64,000 nucleotides of DNA from an uncultured cyanobacterium (lineage in GTDB: Bacteria > Cyanobacteriota > Cyanobacteriia > Cyanobacteriales > Microcystaceae). The notes beneath the pieces were generated by a model, which was given only the letters and a program-made list of their open reading frames with translations, was not told where the DNA came from and ran no database searches. Below are positions 42,878-53,638 of this stretch, piece by piece. The position numbers and the translations under genes are program-made. Numbering within the stretch: position 1 is the first letter of the stretch; every line of letters starts with the position of its first letter. The DNA is taken from assembly GCA_963807635.1 (NCBI GenBank), contig CAWEDJ010000093.1:1-64000 (forward strand), read 5' to 3'.

Positions 42878-43571
42878 TTAAATACGACATAAAATACTTT
42901 CACCGTGGGAATCCGTCCCGCAGGTATTCCATAAACCATAGAGTTCCCCTAACTTTAGGACTTCTTCCATTTGAGGCTCGCTACTTTCCCAAGGTTTAGG
43001 GTTCCCGTAGGCGTAATAGGCTTCCAAGCCATCGACTCCCAATTGGGCCGCCGCAGGAATGACTCGACAAGCGGGCTGACGATAACGGGCGGGATGGGCT
43101 AAAACCACCAATCCTCCTGCTTGATGAAGAGCATTAATCACCTTTTCGGCAGATTCATCTCCATTACGAGGGCGATCGCCTTGAAGATAGGGGGTTAGGG
43201 CGGAATGTTTAGGATTAAAACCGTAGCCGAGAATATGAACTTCAGTTCCCAATAAATTAGAAGTAATTTCCATCCCTGTCCACAGCTTCGGTAAAGGGCT
43301 ATCAGGTTGCTCATTTTGGAGAGCCTCTAACCGAGATTGGGCGCGGTAATAGCCTTTCACAGAATGGTGATCGGTGATTGCAAGTCCTTTTAATCCAATG
43401 TTAACCGCTTGTTCAATCAAGGCATCTGGGGTTAGCCGACCATCAGAAAAAAAGGGTATGTAGATGAAAATTATAGTGATAGGGACAACTCCTGGGTTCT
43501 AGGGTTTCCCAAACCTCTATTAGAGCTTGAGTTGTATTCACAGTGGTCTGGGTTGAAAACGTAACAACCAT
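42878..43571 (-). CDS. PHP-domain phosphoesterase (frameshift near 43450)
   Basis: NFHLHT..SDG, AITDHH, VHILGY, LAHP and GTDSHG. Confidence 0.88.
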
Positions 43572-43663
43572 ATTTAGTCCCGTCCGTGCAGAAAAGATGA
43601 CAGATTGTTCATTACCACCATAACAAATCTTTACATAAACTGTGGAGAAATCAGTTACGATAA

Positions 43664-45961
43664 CTACATTTTTGAATTTTTGCTAGAAATTTCCCGTATT
43701 GCTCCCAAAATTTGTCCGACAGAAATACCTCCATCATTAGATGGAATCTGGTGATGCCAATAGGGAACAAAATTTTCAGCTTTTAGTCTATCAATCGTTT
43801 TTTCAACTAAATAAAGATTCTGAAAACAGCCTCCCGTTAATACGACTTTTTTTTCTCCTACGAATTTGGCGATCACGATAATTATTTCAACCAGGGTATT
43901 ATGAAATTTAGCGGAGATAAAACTAATGGGTAAGTCATGATTCAGATCCTCTAAAATTGCTGTCAACATCGGTTGCCATTGAATAATTATATTTTGAGTC
44001 AAACTAAAATCATAAAATTCATTGGTCTTCGTTTTTAAGGCGGCAAATTCTAAGGCGATCGCGGCTTGTCCTTCAAAGCTTACTTGATGACTTATTCCGA
44101 GGATTGAACTCACACCATCAAATAATCTACCGACACTAGAAGTTAGTGGGCAATTTAATTTTTTTGCTAAAATATTTTTAAATAAAATTAATTCACTTTT
44201 AATAAACTGATTTTTGAGAGTGACAGGTAAATTTTCTAATAAATTAATCTCTAATTGAGCGAGTAAACTTAGGGCAATTCTTTTAGGTTCTTTGACAGAT
44301 TTTTCTCCCCCTAATAGTTTAAAAGGTTGAAAATAAGCAATCCTTTGCCAATTGTTTTGAGTAACATGAATAAATTCTCCTCCCCAAAGCGTATGATCGG
44401 CTCCATAACCCGTTCCATCCCAAGCAATTCCTAACACGGGCGGCTCTAGTTGATTATCTACTAAACAGGATAAAATATGGGCATAGTGATGTTGAATCGG
44501 GATTAATTCCAAATTTTGAGTATGGGCGTATTGACTAGAAAGGTAATCGGGATGGGCATCGTGGGCAATTATTTTGGGTTTAAATTCGTATAAATTATTT
44601 AGATTTTCAATAATTTGATTAAAAGTTTGATAGGTCAATGTATTCGACAAATCGCCAATATGTTGACTCAAATAAATATTTTGATAATGCGCGATCGCGA
44701 TCGTATTTTTAAGATGGCCACCCACTGCCAAAATAGGAGGTAAATCTGAAGTATTAAAATCTAACGGGATAGAAAATGGTGCGTAGCCCCTCGCCCTGCG
44801 TAATAGAGTTTCTTGATGGTTAATAATACGGGCGATCGAATCATCTAAGGGTCGGACAATGGGACGATTATGGCATAAAAAAAGATCGGCAATATTACCA
44901 AGTCTTAATAGAGCCTCTTGTTCATCAATACAAATCGGTTCATCGGATAAATTAGCACTGGTTGCGACAAGGGGAATATTTAATTGGGCTAATAATAAAT
45001 GATGTAACGGTGTGTAGGGTAACATTACACCTAAATAGGGATTATTCGGTGCTATTTCAGAGGCTAAATTTTGAGAATGATGATGTTTCTTTTTTAAAAT
45101 GACAATAGGAGCTTCGGAGGAAGTTAATAATTTTTCTTCTAGATCATTCACTTCACAATCTTGTTTAACTAAGTCCAAATTGGGATACATCAGGGCAAAG
45201 GGTTTGTCGGGGCGGTGTTTACGCTGTCTCAATTTTTGAACTGCAACAGAATCTATGGCACTGACGATTAACTGAAATCCCCCTAAACCTTTTATCGCTA
45301 CAATTTTCCCCTGTTGAATGGCATTAATGGCATCTAATAACGCTTGATTTTTAATCGATAATATTTCTTCCTGGCGATTTTGAAAAGTTAATTGAGGGCC
45401 ACAAACAGGACAAGCATTGGGTTGGGCATGAAATCGGCGATCGCAGGGATTTTCGTATTCCGTTTGGCACTCCGCGCACATGACAAACCCTTTCATACTT
45501 GTATTAGGGCGATCGTAGGGAAGAGAATCAATAATGCTATAGCGGGGCCCACAATTCGTGCAGTTCGTAAAAGGATAATAATAGCGTCGATTATGGGGAT
45601 CAAAAATCTCTTTTAAGCAATCAGAACAGGTCGATAAATCAGGTAAAATGGGAGTTGTTTTATTCCCGTCAATACTTTCTCTGATTTCAAAATTTTGATA
45701 ATGAATCGCTTCTATCGGCTTAAATTTTAGCGAATAAATTTGCGATCGCGGTGGATTTTCAGATTGTAATTTATTTAAAAATTGTGTTAAATTGTCAGGA
45801 CTTCCTTCTACTTGAATTAAGACACCTTCGGCTGAATTATTGACCCAGCCATTTAACCCTAAGTTCCGAGCAAGATGATACACAAAAGGACGAAATCCGA
45901 CTCCTTGGACTAGACCTGTGATGTTAATTTCTAAAGCTTGATTTATCAGTTGATCGTTCAT
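43664..45961 (-). CDS. hypF: Hydrogenase maturation carbamoyltransferase HypF
   Basis: GLVQGVGFRP acylphosphatase domain, zinc fingers (CTNCGPRY, HAQPNACPVCGP), QHHYAH and NDGGISVGQ. Confidence 0.96.
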   Translation of the reverse strand: MNDQLINQALEINITGLVQGVGFRPFVYHLARNLGLNGWVNNSAEGVLIQVEGSPDNLTQFLNKLQSENPPRSQIYSLKFKPIEAIHYQNFEIRESIDGNKTTPILPDLSTCSDCLKEIFDPHNRRYYYPFTNCTNCGPRYSIIDSLPYDRPNTSMKGFVMCAECQTEYENPCDRRFHAQPNACPVCGPQLTFQNRQEEILSIKNQALLDAINAIQQGKIVAIKGLGGFQLIVSAIDSVAVQKLRQRKHRPDKPFALMYPNLDLVKQDCEVNDLEEKLLTSSEAPIVILKKKHHHSQNLASEIAPNNPYLGVMLPYTPLHHLLLAQLNIPLVATSANLSDEPICIDEQEALLRLGNIADLFLCHNRPIVRPLDDSIARIINHQETLLRRARGYAPFSIPLDFNTSDLPPILAVGGHLKNTIAIAHYQNIYLSQHIGDLSNTLTYQTFNQIIENLNNLYEFKPKIIAHDAHPDYLSSQYAHTQNLELIPIQHHYAHILSCLVDNQLEPPVLGIAWDGTGYGADHTLWGGEFIHVTQNNWQRIAYFQPFKLLGGEKSVKEPKRIALSLLAQLEINLLENLPVTLKNQFIKSELILFKNILAKKLNCPLTSSVGRLFDGVSSILGISHQVSFEGQAAIALEFAALKTKTNEFYDFSLTQNIIIQWQPMLTAILEDLNHDLPISFISAKFHNTLVEIIIVIAKFVGEKKVVLTGGCFQNLYLVEKTIDRLKAENFVPYWHHQIPSNDGGISVGQILGAIREISSKNSKM

Positions 45962-46248
45962 TTATTTTTCCATAAACTTTAACAACTATACCAGTTTTCC
46001 ATGAATATTACAGATGCAAATCTCGCTTATTTTCTTGAGTAAACCTCAATAATGAGCTTTTGGGAGTATTATGGGTGTTACGATATCTAGACTCAAAAAT
46101 ATCTATAAAAGCTTGGCGATCGCGTTTTTTATGGTCAGTGATTAGGCCATATATATCTAAATTTAACCCATCGCTCTTTATTTAGCCTTTTCATCGACAG
46201 GAGCATCAATATCGAAACAAATGACAACCTGATATATCTGAAAAAACT

Positions 46249-46328
46249 CAGGATCTTAATTTTTAAACTTGATACAACTGCATAACTTCTGTAATCGGTA
46301 AACGCGATCGCACTCTCAAATTTAGATC
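46249..46328 (-). repeat. Diverged duplicate of the tsaD 3' end and its downstream flank
   Basis: Encodes [21 protein letters not shown] versus [21 protein letters not shown] at 47336-47401. Both are flanked by CAGGATCT. Confidence 0.9.
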
Positions 46329-46384
46329 AAAAAAAGATCGCCTTTTTTAGGTTTAACGAAAACGATCGCCCTTTGACAAGAAAG

Positions 46385-46711
46385 CTATTCATCATCTTCA
46401 GGTAATAAAGGCTTTTGGGCTGAATGTCTGACAAAAAGAACTTGTACCTCATCCTCTATAACTGTAAACAAAATTCTGTAGGTATTCCGTCCTTTGCCAT
46501 AAATAAGCTGCCGAATTTCTTCTCCAAAAAAAGAATTTTCAAAGGCAAGAGAACAACGCAACGGCATTTGTTGAAGGGACATAATTGATTTGTATAAACC
46601 TTCCAGCCAAATTCGACCCTGTCGTGGAGACGAGAGACTTAACCATAGGTAAACATCCTTAATTCCTTGCTCTGCTTCAGGCTGAATAATAACCCGATAT
46701 TGACCAGTCAT
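46385..46711 (-). CDS. RelE/ParE-family toxin
   Basis: YRVIIQPEAEQGI...SLQQMPLRC...YRILFTV..V.VLFVRH. ATGA overlap with the antitoxin. Confidence 0.85.
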   Translation of the reverse strand: MTGQYRVIIQPEAEQGIKDVYLWLSLSSPRQGRIWLEGLYKSIMSLQQMPLRCSLAFENSFFGEEIRQLIYGKGRNTYRILFTVIEDEVQVLFVRHSAQKPLLPEDDE

Positions 46712-46999
46712 TGTTCAATGTCCCACTGGGCAAACAATTCTACAAAAACTTCTTCTGCTCTTTTACCTTGACCTTGCTTCATTTGTTCGAGGGCCACGCT
46801 TAAGGCCCTTAATCGTTTCCAGTAATTCCGCAGCATTGAGAAGTTCCTGATAGGATTGAGCATCCTGTACGACTAATTCTGCTTTACCATTAACCGTAAG
46901 GATCAGAGGGTGTTTGGTTCGCTTTAAATTTTCTAAAAACTCGGTTGTATTTCGCTTGAAATCAGTGAGAGACCGGATATCTTTGGTTAGCTCAATCAT
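46708..46999 (-). CDS. Phd/YefM-family antitoxin (frameshift near 46792)
   Basis: SLTDFKRNT...PLILTVNGKAELVVQDA. The corrected end is RGLEQMKQGQG...WDIEQ*. Confidence 0.88.
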
Positions 47000-47149
47000 A
47001 GTTTTAGCACCTAATACGCATTGAATTATATGCTATCACAAATTCATTTCTTCTGTGCGATCGCACCCTCAAATTTATATCAAAAAAAAGACCGCCTTTT
47101 TTCGGTTTAACTAAAGCGATCGCGCATTAATTTTAAAAAATAGACTAAT

Positions 47150-47250
47150 TTAGTCCTTATTAAGGGGTTTAGCTAATTTACGTTTTGTCCAAACTCCTCC
47201 TTCAAAAAGAAGTGTGCTACCAATAACGGAAAGTGCAAGTGATTTTGGCG
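47150..47250 (-). pseudogene. Remnant PEP-CTERM-variant sorting tail
   Basis: ALSVIGSTLLFEGGVWTKRKLAKPL is a hydrophobic segment plus basic tail, like cyanobacterial VPWETD-type C-terminal signals (recalled). Confidence 0.45.
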
Positions 47251-47335
47251 TAATCAAGTAGCATTCAGTAGAAATGGAGACATGACTTCTTTTTATCTGC
47301 ATTCCCATCCGTATTATCACCCAGGATCTCAAAAG

Positions 47336-48378
47336 CTAAACTTGATATAACTGCATGACTTCAGTAATCGGTAAACGCGATCGCACTCCCAAATTGAGAT
47401 CAGAAAAATGACCGAGATCGCAATGATCGGCCGCCGCACAGGCAATCATGGCCGCATTATCGGTACAAAATTTAAGAGGGGGAAAATAAACCTGAAGATT
47501 ATGTTTTTCAGCCGCTTCTTGTAAATGGTGACGCAAACCACTATTGGCCGCCACTCCTCCCCCGATCGCGATCGCTTTAATGCCGTAATCTAAGGCACAC
47601 TGAATGGTTTTTTGCGTTAAAGATCGAGCCACCGTTTCCTGAAAACTAGCCGCTAAATCCTCGATCGGTAAGGTATCGGTTTCTTTTTCTAATTGGTTCA
47701 CTAATCGCAAAACCGCCGTTTTCAAACCACTAAAACTAGAATCGTAGGGATGATAACCGCCCTGGGGCAAGGAAATTCGACCAACTGGCAGAGGAAATGC
47801 TTTAGGATTGCCTGTTTTAGCCAGTTTATCGATCACGGGCCGCCTGGATAACCCAACTTTAATAAACGAGCCACCTTATCAAAGGCTTCTCCTGCGGCAT
47901 CATCACGGGTTATGCCCAATTGTTCGTATTTTCCGCAATCTTTCACCAAAATCAGGCTAGTATGTCCCCCTGAAACCAATAAACAAAGAAAAGGAGGCTC
48001 TAATTCGGGATAGCTCAAATAACTGGCGTAAATATGTCCTTCTAGGTGATGCACCCCAATAAATCTTTTTTGATGAACCAACGCCAACGTTTTGGCCGCT
48101 GTCATCCCCACCATCAAAGCTCCCACCAGACCTGGCGCAACCGTCGCCGCGATCGCGTCAATGCCAGACCAATCTAACTGACTTTCCGCTAACACCTGTT
48201 CAATACAGGGATTAATCAGGGTTAAATGTTGACGAGAAGCTACCTCTGGAACAACTCCGCCATAACTAGCGTGAACTGCAATTTGGGAGGCCACAATATT
48301 ACTGCAAACGTTACGATTCTTTACAATGGCGACGGCAGTTTCATCACAGCTTGTTTCGATTGCTAAAACGGTTGCCAT
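47336..48378 (-). CDS. tsaD: tRNA N6-threonylcarbamoyltransferase TsaD (frameshift near 47838)
   Basis: [37 protein letters not shown] and TDNAAMIA. Confidence 0.96.
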
Positions 48379-48528
48379 GCTCTGTTAATTTAAGGTTAAA
48401 GACTACTTTTTATTGCTAAATCTTTACTCTATCCACTGGTCAGAGTAAGATCACTTCAAGGTACTCACTGATCCTGTCACGTTTTGTACAAAAAACTTAG
48501 CCTTTTGTAATAAAAGGAAACAATTCTT

Positions 48529-49023
48529 ATGAAACAACTGTTGGCTTTCTTGCTGGCCCTGACCCTCTGGTTTAATTTTGCTCCCTCTGCTTCGGCGGAT
48601 TTCGCGAATCTTACCCCTTGTAGCGAAAATGCGGCCTATTTAGCAAAATCTAAAAACTTCCTCAATACCACCAGTGATCCCAACTCTGGAAAAATTCGGG
48701 CGGAACGTTACGCCGAGTCGCTCTGTGGCCCCGAAGGCTATCCCCACCTCATTGTAGATGGTCGTTTTAGCCACGCAGGGGATTTTCTGATTCCTAGCAT
48801 TCTTTTCCTTTATATTGCAGGTTGGATTGGCTGGGTTGGTCGGGCATACTTAATTGACATTCGCAAGGAAAAAGATGCTGAACTCAAAGAGATCATCATT
48901 GATGTGCCTTTAGCGATCAAAAAAATGTTAGGCGGTTTCCTGTGGCCTTTAGCAGCAGTCGGAGAATATACTTCGGGCAAATTGATTGTTAAAGATTCCG
49001 ATGTCCCCACTTCTCCGCGCTAG
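48529..49023 (+). CDS. psaF: Photosystem I subunit III
   Basis: [20 protein letters not shown] and [13 protein letters not shown]. Confidence 0.97.
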   Translation: MKQLLAFLLALTLWFNFAPSASADFANLTPCSENAAYLAKSKNFLNTTSDPNSGKIRAERYAESLCGPEGYPHLIVDGRFSHAGDFLIPSILFLYIAGWIGWVGRAYLIDIRKEKDAELKEIIIDVPLAIKKMLGGFLWPLAAVGEYTSGKLIVKDSDVPTSPR

Positions 49024-49073
49024 AGTTGATTTTTGTCCTGTTTAATTACGTTTATATCTTTGGAGACTCATTT

Positions 49074-49202
49074 ATGGAAGGTTTGACTAAGTTTTTGTCT
49101 ACTGCTCCTGTCATGATCATGGCCCTCTTAACTTTTACGGCTGGTATCTTGATCGAATTCAATCGTTTCTTTCCTGATCTTCTTTTCCACCCGATGGGAT
49201 AG
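49074..49202 (+). CDS. psaJ: Photosystem I subunit IX (below the ORF-track cutoff)
   Basis: Manual translation: [42 protein letters not shown], with a GGAG RBS. Confidence 0.96.
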   Translation: MEGLTKFLSTAPVMIMALLTFTAGILIEFNRFFPDLLFHPMG

Positions 49203-49208
49203 GTTTTA

Positions 49209-49265
49209 GGAAGTCAAAAAATAGGGGATTGGTTATGGGATTTATTTCCTGGGCCAATCCCTTAA
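49209..49265 (+). terminator. Hairpin after psaJ
   Basis: GGGATTGG ... CCAATCCC inverted repeat. Confidence 0.5.
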
Positions 49266-49789
49266 ATTTATCTGTAGATTGCGTTGGTTGTAATTAGGAA
49301 CGGGCGATCGCGAGAAAATTCATCATGAGTTGATAACATTGTTAGAAATTACAGAATTTTGCTTGATGATGGGCGGAGAAAATTGAGCAATTCAAAGACA
49401 ATCTAACAAGTGGCTTGATGATCTTTTTAGTTAATGAAAAAGATATTGAACAACGACTTACTGATAATAAAATACTGCTAGCTTCCCATAACTTAATCCG
49501 TTACGATTCCCAGGAGGGCATACTTGGTAATTGTCTATGGTTGATGCAACCTTCATTTGTTTTATTCAATGATAATAGAAGGGAGAGCATCTATTCCTTC
49601 TGACTGGATTTGTGACCTAATTAATCGACTCTTTTTTACCCAATGCTTTATTACATAAGGATTTTAACTTTTTTGCGTATTGTACCACTTCGATTTAAGC
49701 GAACGGTGAGAAAAGAGACTAACTCCCTTCTCAGAATAGGTTATGCTAAAAATTAGCAATCAAAATTAGCAATCGGAGTGAGATAACCT

Positions 49790-51370
49790 ATGTCCAGTGA
49801 AATTATTTATCAAGTGGGCGGAATTGCTATTATTTTAGGAGGTAGTATTTGGGGATTAAAATTCCTGAATAATCAGACTTCAAAAGAAAAATTATCTTCT
49901 TCAGAGGAAAATGTTAACGCGATCGAGAGCCTTAAAAATGATTTTGAAAAACAATTAAAACAATCCAAAGAAACCCAGTTTTCATTACAAGAAGAGAATA
50001 TCTTTTTAAAAAATAAGACCCACCATTTGGAAAAGCAAATAATCTCTTTTCAAGAGTCTTTAAGTACAGTTTTAGCTGAAAAAAATCATTTTGAGACTCA
50101 ATTGAATCAGGACAAACTCACTATTGCTGAACTCCAAAAGAAACTACAAACGTTGGAAAATTCTCGTAAACAGGTTGAACTTGACAGTCAAAAAAAGATA
50201 CAAGAATTACTGACAGAAACTCAGTATTTGTCTGAAAACTTTCGTCACGAAGTCGCCAAAAGAACGGAAATTCAGCAAAAGTTAACTTCTTTTGAGCTAA
50301 TTCAAAAACAATTTGACCTAAAAGAAAAACGCCAACAAGAAGCAATCCATGAATTAGAACAAAAAAATAGAGAGTTAAGTCAATCCTGTATAGCGACAAA
50401 TGTGACCTTACAGCAAGAAATTGAGCATTTACGAGGAGCAAAAAATCAATTACAACAAGTTATAGAACAACGCACGGTGAATACCGAAAAGCTCCAATCG
50501 GAAATTGCCCAGTTAATTGCGGCTAGTCTTGAAAGTAAGGAATCTTATCAAAAGGCGATCGCGGAAATTAATACCTTAAAACCCCAAATCAAGGCTTTAG
50601 AAACCGAAAAAATCCGTTTACAGGGAGAAGTTCAATCCCAAACGGAGCAATTGATTCAAGAAAATGTGCGAAAGGAACAGGCGATCGCAGAGGTTGACAT
50701 TTTGACGCAGACGATTGAACAGTTAGAATCTGAGAAACAACAACTACAAGAGGAACTAGTCACTTCTCGTCAGGATGCGGCGGCAAAACAGACTAAAATT
50801 CTTGAAGCCGAGGCAGAAATCGAGAAAAAGACGATTGAGATTGCTGAAAGCCACAAGAAAATGTTGGAAAGTATTGAATCAATCACTACCCCCGTCGAAG
50901 AAGTCCTTGAGAGTCCCCCACCAGTTGTGGATGCGATCGCCGAATCTCCTATTCCTTTAGAGATCGCAGAAATTCCAGAAATAATGGAAACGCCTGTACT
51001 GCAAGCTGAACCTCTCCCTGACGCGATCGCAACTCTCCCATCGGAAGCTGAATCTCTCCCTAACGCGATCGCAACGCCCCTACTGACCGAAACTCCCCTA
51101 GAAGAACTAGAAGAAAATATTCCCCAGGCGACGAACTTCTTTGCTAACAAAAAATTTATTATTGTCGGAACATTGAGTAAAATGAACCGAGAACAAGCCA
51201 AAACGCTCATACAGGACGCAGGGGGCAGCGTAACCAGTTCACCCAGTTCCAAAACCAACTATGTCCTAGTCGGCAAATCCCCCGGAGATAAGTTGAAAAA
51301 AGCCCAAAAACTAGGAATTTCCCAACTCACCGAGTCTAAATTTCTCAGTCTATTGGGGATGGAACCCTAA
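49790..51370 (+). CDS. Membrane-anchored coiled-coil protein with a C-terminal BRCT domain
   Basis: N-terminal TM helix, long heptad region, acidic Pro-rich linker, then KKFIIVGTL..MNREQAK..I...GG.V.SS.S.KTNYVLVG..PG.KLKKA..LG (LigA-type BRCT). Confidence 0.85.
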   Translation: MSSEIIYQVGGIAIILGGSIWGLKFLNNQTSKEKLSSSEENVNAIESLKNDFEKQLKQSKETQFSLQEENIFLKNKTHHLEKQIISFQESLSTVLAEKNHFETQLNQDKLTIAELQKKLQTLENSRKQVELDSQKKIQELLTETQYLSENFRHEVAKRTEIQQKLTSFELIQKQFDLKEKRQQEAIHELEQKNRELSQSCIATNVTLQQEIEHLRGAKNQLQQVIEQRTVNTEKLQSEIAQLIAASLESKESYQKAIAEINTLKPQIKALETEKIRLQGEVQSQTEQLIQENVRKEQAIAEVDILTQTIEQLESEKQQLQEELVTSRQDAAAKQTKILEAEAEIEKKTIEIAESHKKMLESIESITTPVEEVLESPPPVVDAIAESPIPLEIAEIPEIMETPVLQAEPLPDAIATLPSEAESLPNAIATPLLTETPLEELEENIPQATNFFANKKFIIVGTLSKMNREQAKTLIQDAGGSVTSSPSSKTNYVLVGKSPGDKLKKAQKLGISQLTESKFLSLLGMEP

Positions 51371-51549
51371 TCTTGATTCTGAGTCGCAACCGATAATGCC
51401 GATGTTTCAGGGTTTGGTCGCCAGGCAATTGCGGAATCTTGAGTCAAACCACTCAACTCACGAATCTTTTGTTCCGTCCGTCTGGTCAATTCCAGAAGCT
51501 CATTGAGTTCCGATAAATTGCGTTCACTCCAACAAGAGGATTGCATCAT
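51367..51549 (-). CDS. Small hypothetical protein
   Basis: 60-aa ORF with a helical, coiled-coil-like core and a purine-rich RBS-like upstream sequence. Confidence 0.45.
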   Translation of the reverse strand: MMQSSCWSERNLSELNELLELTRRTEQKIRELSGLTQDSAIAWRPNPETSALSVATQNQD

Positions 51550-51786
51550 ACCTTTTTTCCTCGATTTCTCAACACCACATTTCTAATTTTAATGGATGGT
51601 TCTAATTTTGGCGGTGTTCCCCCATCGCCGAATAGTGACATCAAACTTCACACCCAGGAGGATTGAGAGCAACAAAATCAGGAAAATTCATGAATAATCC
51701 CATCATTTCCTTCGGACAGTTCCCCCCATTGCCTACAATAAGGATAAAAGACTTCATTTTTTGACCCCGCTTATCAATCTGCCGTT

Positions 51787-52248
51787 ATGAATAAAACCGT
51801 TGGGGAAGTGATGTCCCCGAATCCCATCACCGTCAAGCCCGAAACCGCCCTACAAGATGCCATCAAACTCCTGGCGGAAAATCGCATCAGTGGTTTACCC
51901 GTTGTAGATGATACGGGCAAATTAATTGGTGTCATCTCAGAATCGGATTTGATGTGGCAAGAATCGGGGGTAGAAGCACCTCCTTACATCATGTTGTTAG
52001 ATAGCATTATTTATCTACAAAATCCTGCCCGTCATGAAAAAGAAATTCATAAAGCCCTGGGACAAACCGTCTGTGAAGTAATGAGTGATGCCCCAATTTC
52101 TCTCAAAGCTGACCAATCTCTACGAGAAGCTGCCCACATTATGAATGATAAAAAAATTCGTCTTTTACCCGTAATTGATGCCGAAAATCACCAAGTCATT
52201 GGAATTCTGACCCAGGGAGATATTATTCGAGCAATGGCTAATTCTTAA
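51787..52248 (+). CDS. CBS-domain protein
   Basis: Tandem CBS domains: VGEVM..PITV, ISGLPVVD and IGILTQGDI. Confidence 0.93.
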   Translation: MNKTVGEVMSPNPITVKPETALQDAIKLLAENRISGLPVVDDTGKLIGVISESDLMWQESGVEAPPYIMLLDSIIYLQNPARHEKEIHKALGQTVCEVMSDAPISLKADQSLREAAHIMNDKKIRLLPVIDAENHQVIGILTQGDIIRAMANS

Positions 52249-52611
52249 ACTTTTGTATTTCCTTCAGCGAATTAAAATAATCGCATCGCTTTATAGTCAA
52301 TATTAGGAAATTTAATCCAATCTTTAACCTAATATTGACTTCTCCACTATTCAGACAATTAGACGGAATAAATAATGGTCATTTTTTTGATTGAATTGTA
52401 GATTTTGTATAAGTTTGTCTAACAATTTACTTAACAATCGACGTTGTTTTTTGCGAATCGCCTGAAATTAATTTGATTAATTTGTTAAATCGTGTAGAAA
52501 TATTAATTTAAAGAACAAAAATCTAAAAAGTATAGCGCGTCATTATAAAAAGAGCGAGAATGAAGGTAGATGGGATCACTGATAAAACACTTCACCCAGG
52601 GGGTGATCGTT

Positions 52612-52833
52612 ATGCTGACAACTTCTCGATATTCAATTGATGACATCAAAGAAGAAGCCGAGCAATTGGTTCATCAGGGTCGCTTAGATCGCCAACAATG
52701 TCTTTATACCCTTTGTGAGTTTTTACCTTGTGGTGAGTGGGAGTGTGTCGAAGCAGAGCTAGAAGATAATGGCTTTTTATTGCGGGATCATCTGGTTGAT
52801 TTGCTAAGTTCGGAAGAGTGGACAGAGGATTAA
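52612..52833 (+). CDS. DUF4327-family protein
   Basis: YSIDDIKEEA..LV..G.L.RQQ.LY.LC...EW..VE.ELE...FLLRD...DL...EEWTED. Confidence 0.85.
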   Translation: MLTTSRYSIDDIKEEAEQLVHQGRLDRQQCLYTLCEFLPCGEWECVEAELEDNGFLLRDHLVDLLSSEEWTED

Positions 52834-53103
52834 GCTCGTTTTTCTTACATTCTTCTTTAGTTTCCTTAAATTTCTCATTTCTGAATCGTTTAGAAGATTA
52901 TCAATTTATGGTTCTTCAGTGAATAGAATACTAACAGATCTCGCTATGTAGTGAAATCAGTTTGATGTATTAGGGTTGTTTTTCCTGAACCTAACGCTGA
53001 AGGACCGACAGTATCTTAATAAAAGAAGATTATTGCTTTTTTGATTAAATCAGAAATTTTATTAACAGCTTACTCATTTTTGAACTCATTGGAGGTTACT
53101 ATC

Positions 53104-53325
53104 ATGATTGCGGAAACACAAAACCAATATTTTTATATTGTTAGCTATTTTTTAGACGGTCGTTTTATCAAGTGGGAAGAAGTCATTGGAGAAACTCGAT
53201 TTGAGCTAGATGTTGCTGATGAAATGACTTTATTTGTGCCTGATCAAGATAGTTCAGTTAAGGCAAAAGTCGTTAGTACGGAAGCACTGAGTGATGATGA
53301 ATATAGAGTTTTTCTGGTTTCTTAA
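53104..53325 (+). CDS. Hypothetical protein
   Basis: GGAGG RBS before the ATG at 53104, followed by a terminator. Confidence 0.6.
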   Translation: MIAETQNQYFYIVSYFLDGRFIKWEEVIGETRFELDVADEMTLFVPDQDSSVKAKVVSTEALSDDEYRVFLVS

Positions 53326-53351
53326 CTTGAAAGAAAGACAAGGGAATTGAA

Positions 53352-53394
53352 CGGGGTGTTGCTGACTCAGAGGGAGCAGTGACATCTCTTTTTT
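53352..53394 (+). terminator. Intrinsic terminator
   Basis: GGGGTGTTGCTG...CAGTGACATCTC hairpin followed by a T-run. Confidence 0.65.
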
Positions 53395-53638
53395 AACAAA
53401 TAAAAAGCAGATAAAAAAAGGTGTAATACTTCAGATTTTTTCTTCTTCTGATATTTAATCCCTCATTTTTTGAACTTGTTTGCTATGCGATCGCATTAAT
53501 ATTATGAATAATTGGATCATCCGTTAGGTTTAATTTGACTAAAATTTTGACTAATGTTAAATTATCTGATACTATCTCCCTTGAGAATATTTATAGAACA
53601 ATCCCTTTCTTCACTTCCTCCTCTTTAGGATCACCACT

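Larger units (their letters stand above)
46304..47123. repeat. About 66-bp direct repeats (46304-46369 and 47057-47123), HIP1-bounded, flanking a TA module
   Basis: GCGATCGCACTCTCAAATTTAGATCAAAAAAAGATCGCCTTTTTTAGGTTTAAC versus GCGATCGCACCCTCAAATTTATATCAAAAAAAAGACCGCCTTTTTTCGGTTTAAC. Confidence 0.88.

Noticed and set aside
46030..46240. Possible decayed gene on the - strand upstream of hypF
   Set aside because: It has several stops and no recognisable family, so it cannot be supported without a search.
49415..49603. 62-aa ORF after psaJ
   Set aside because: TTG start, no recognisable motif, and an AT-rich spacer context.
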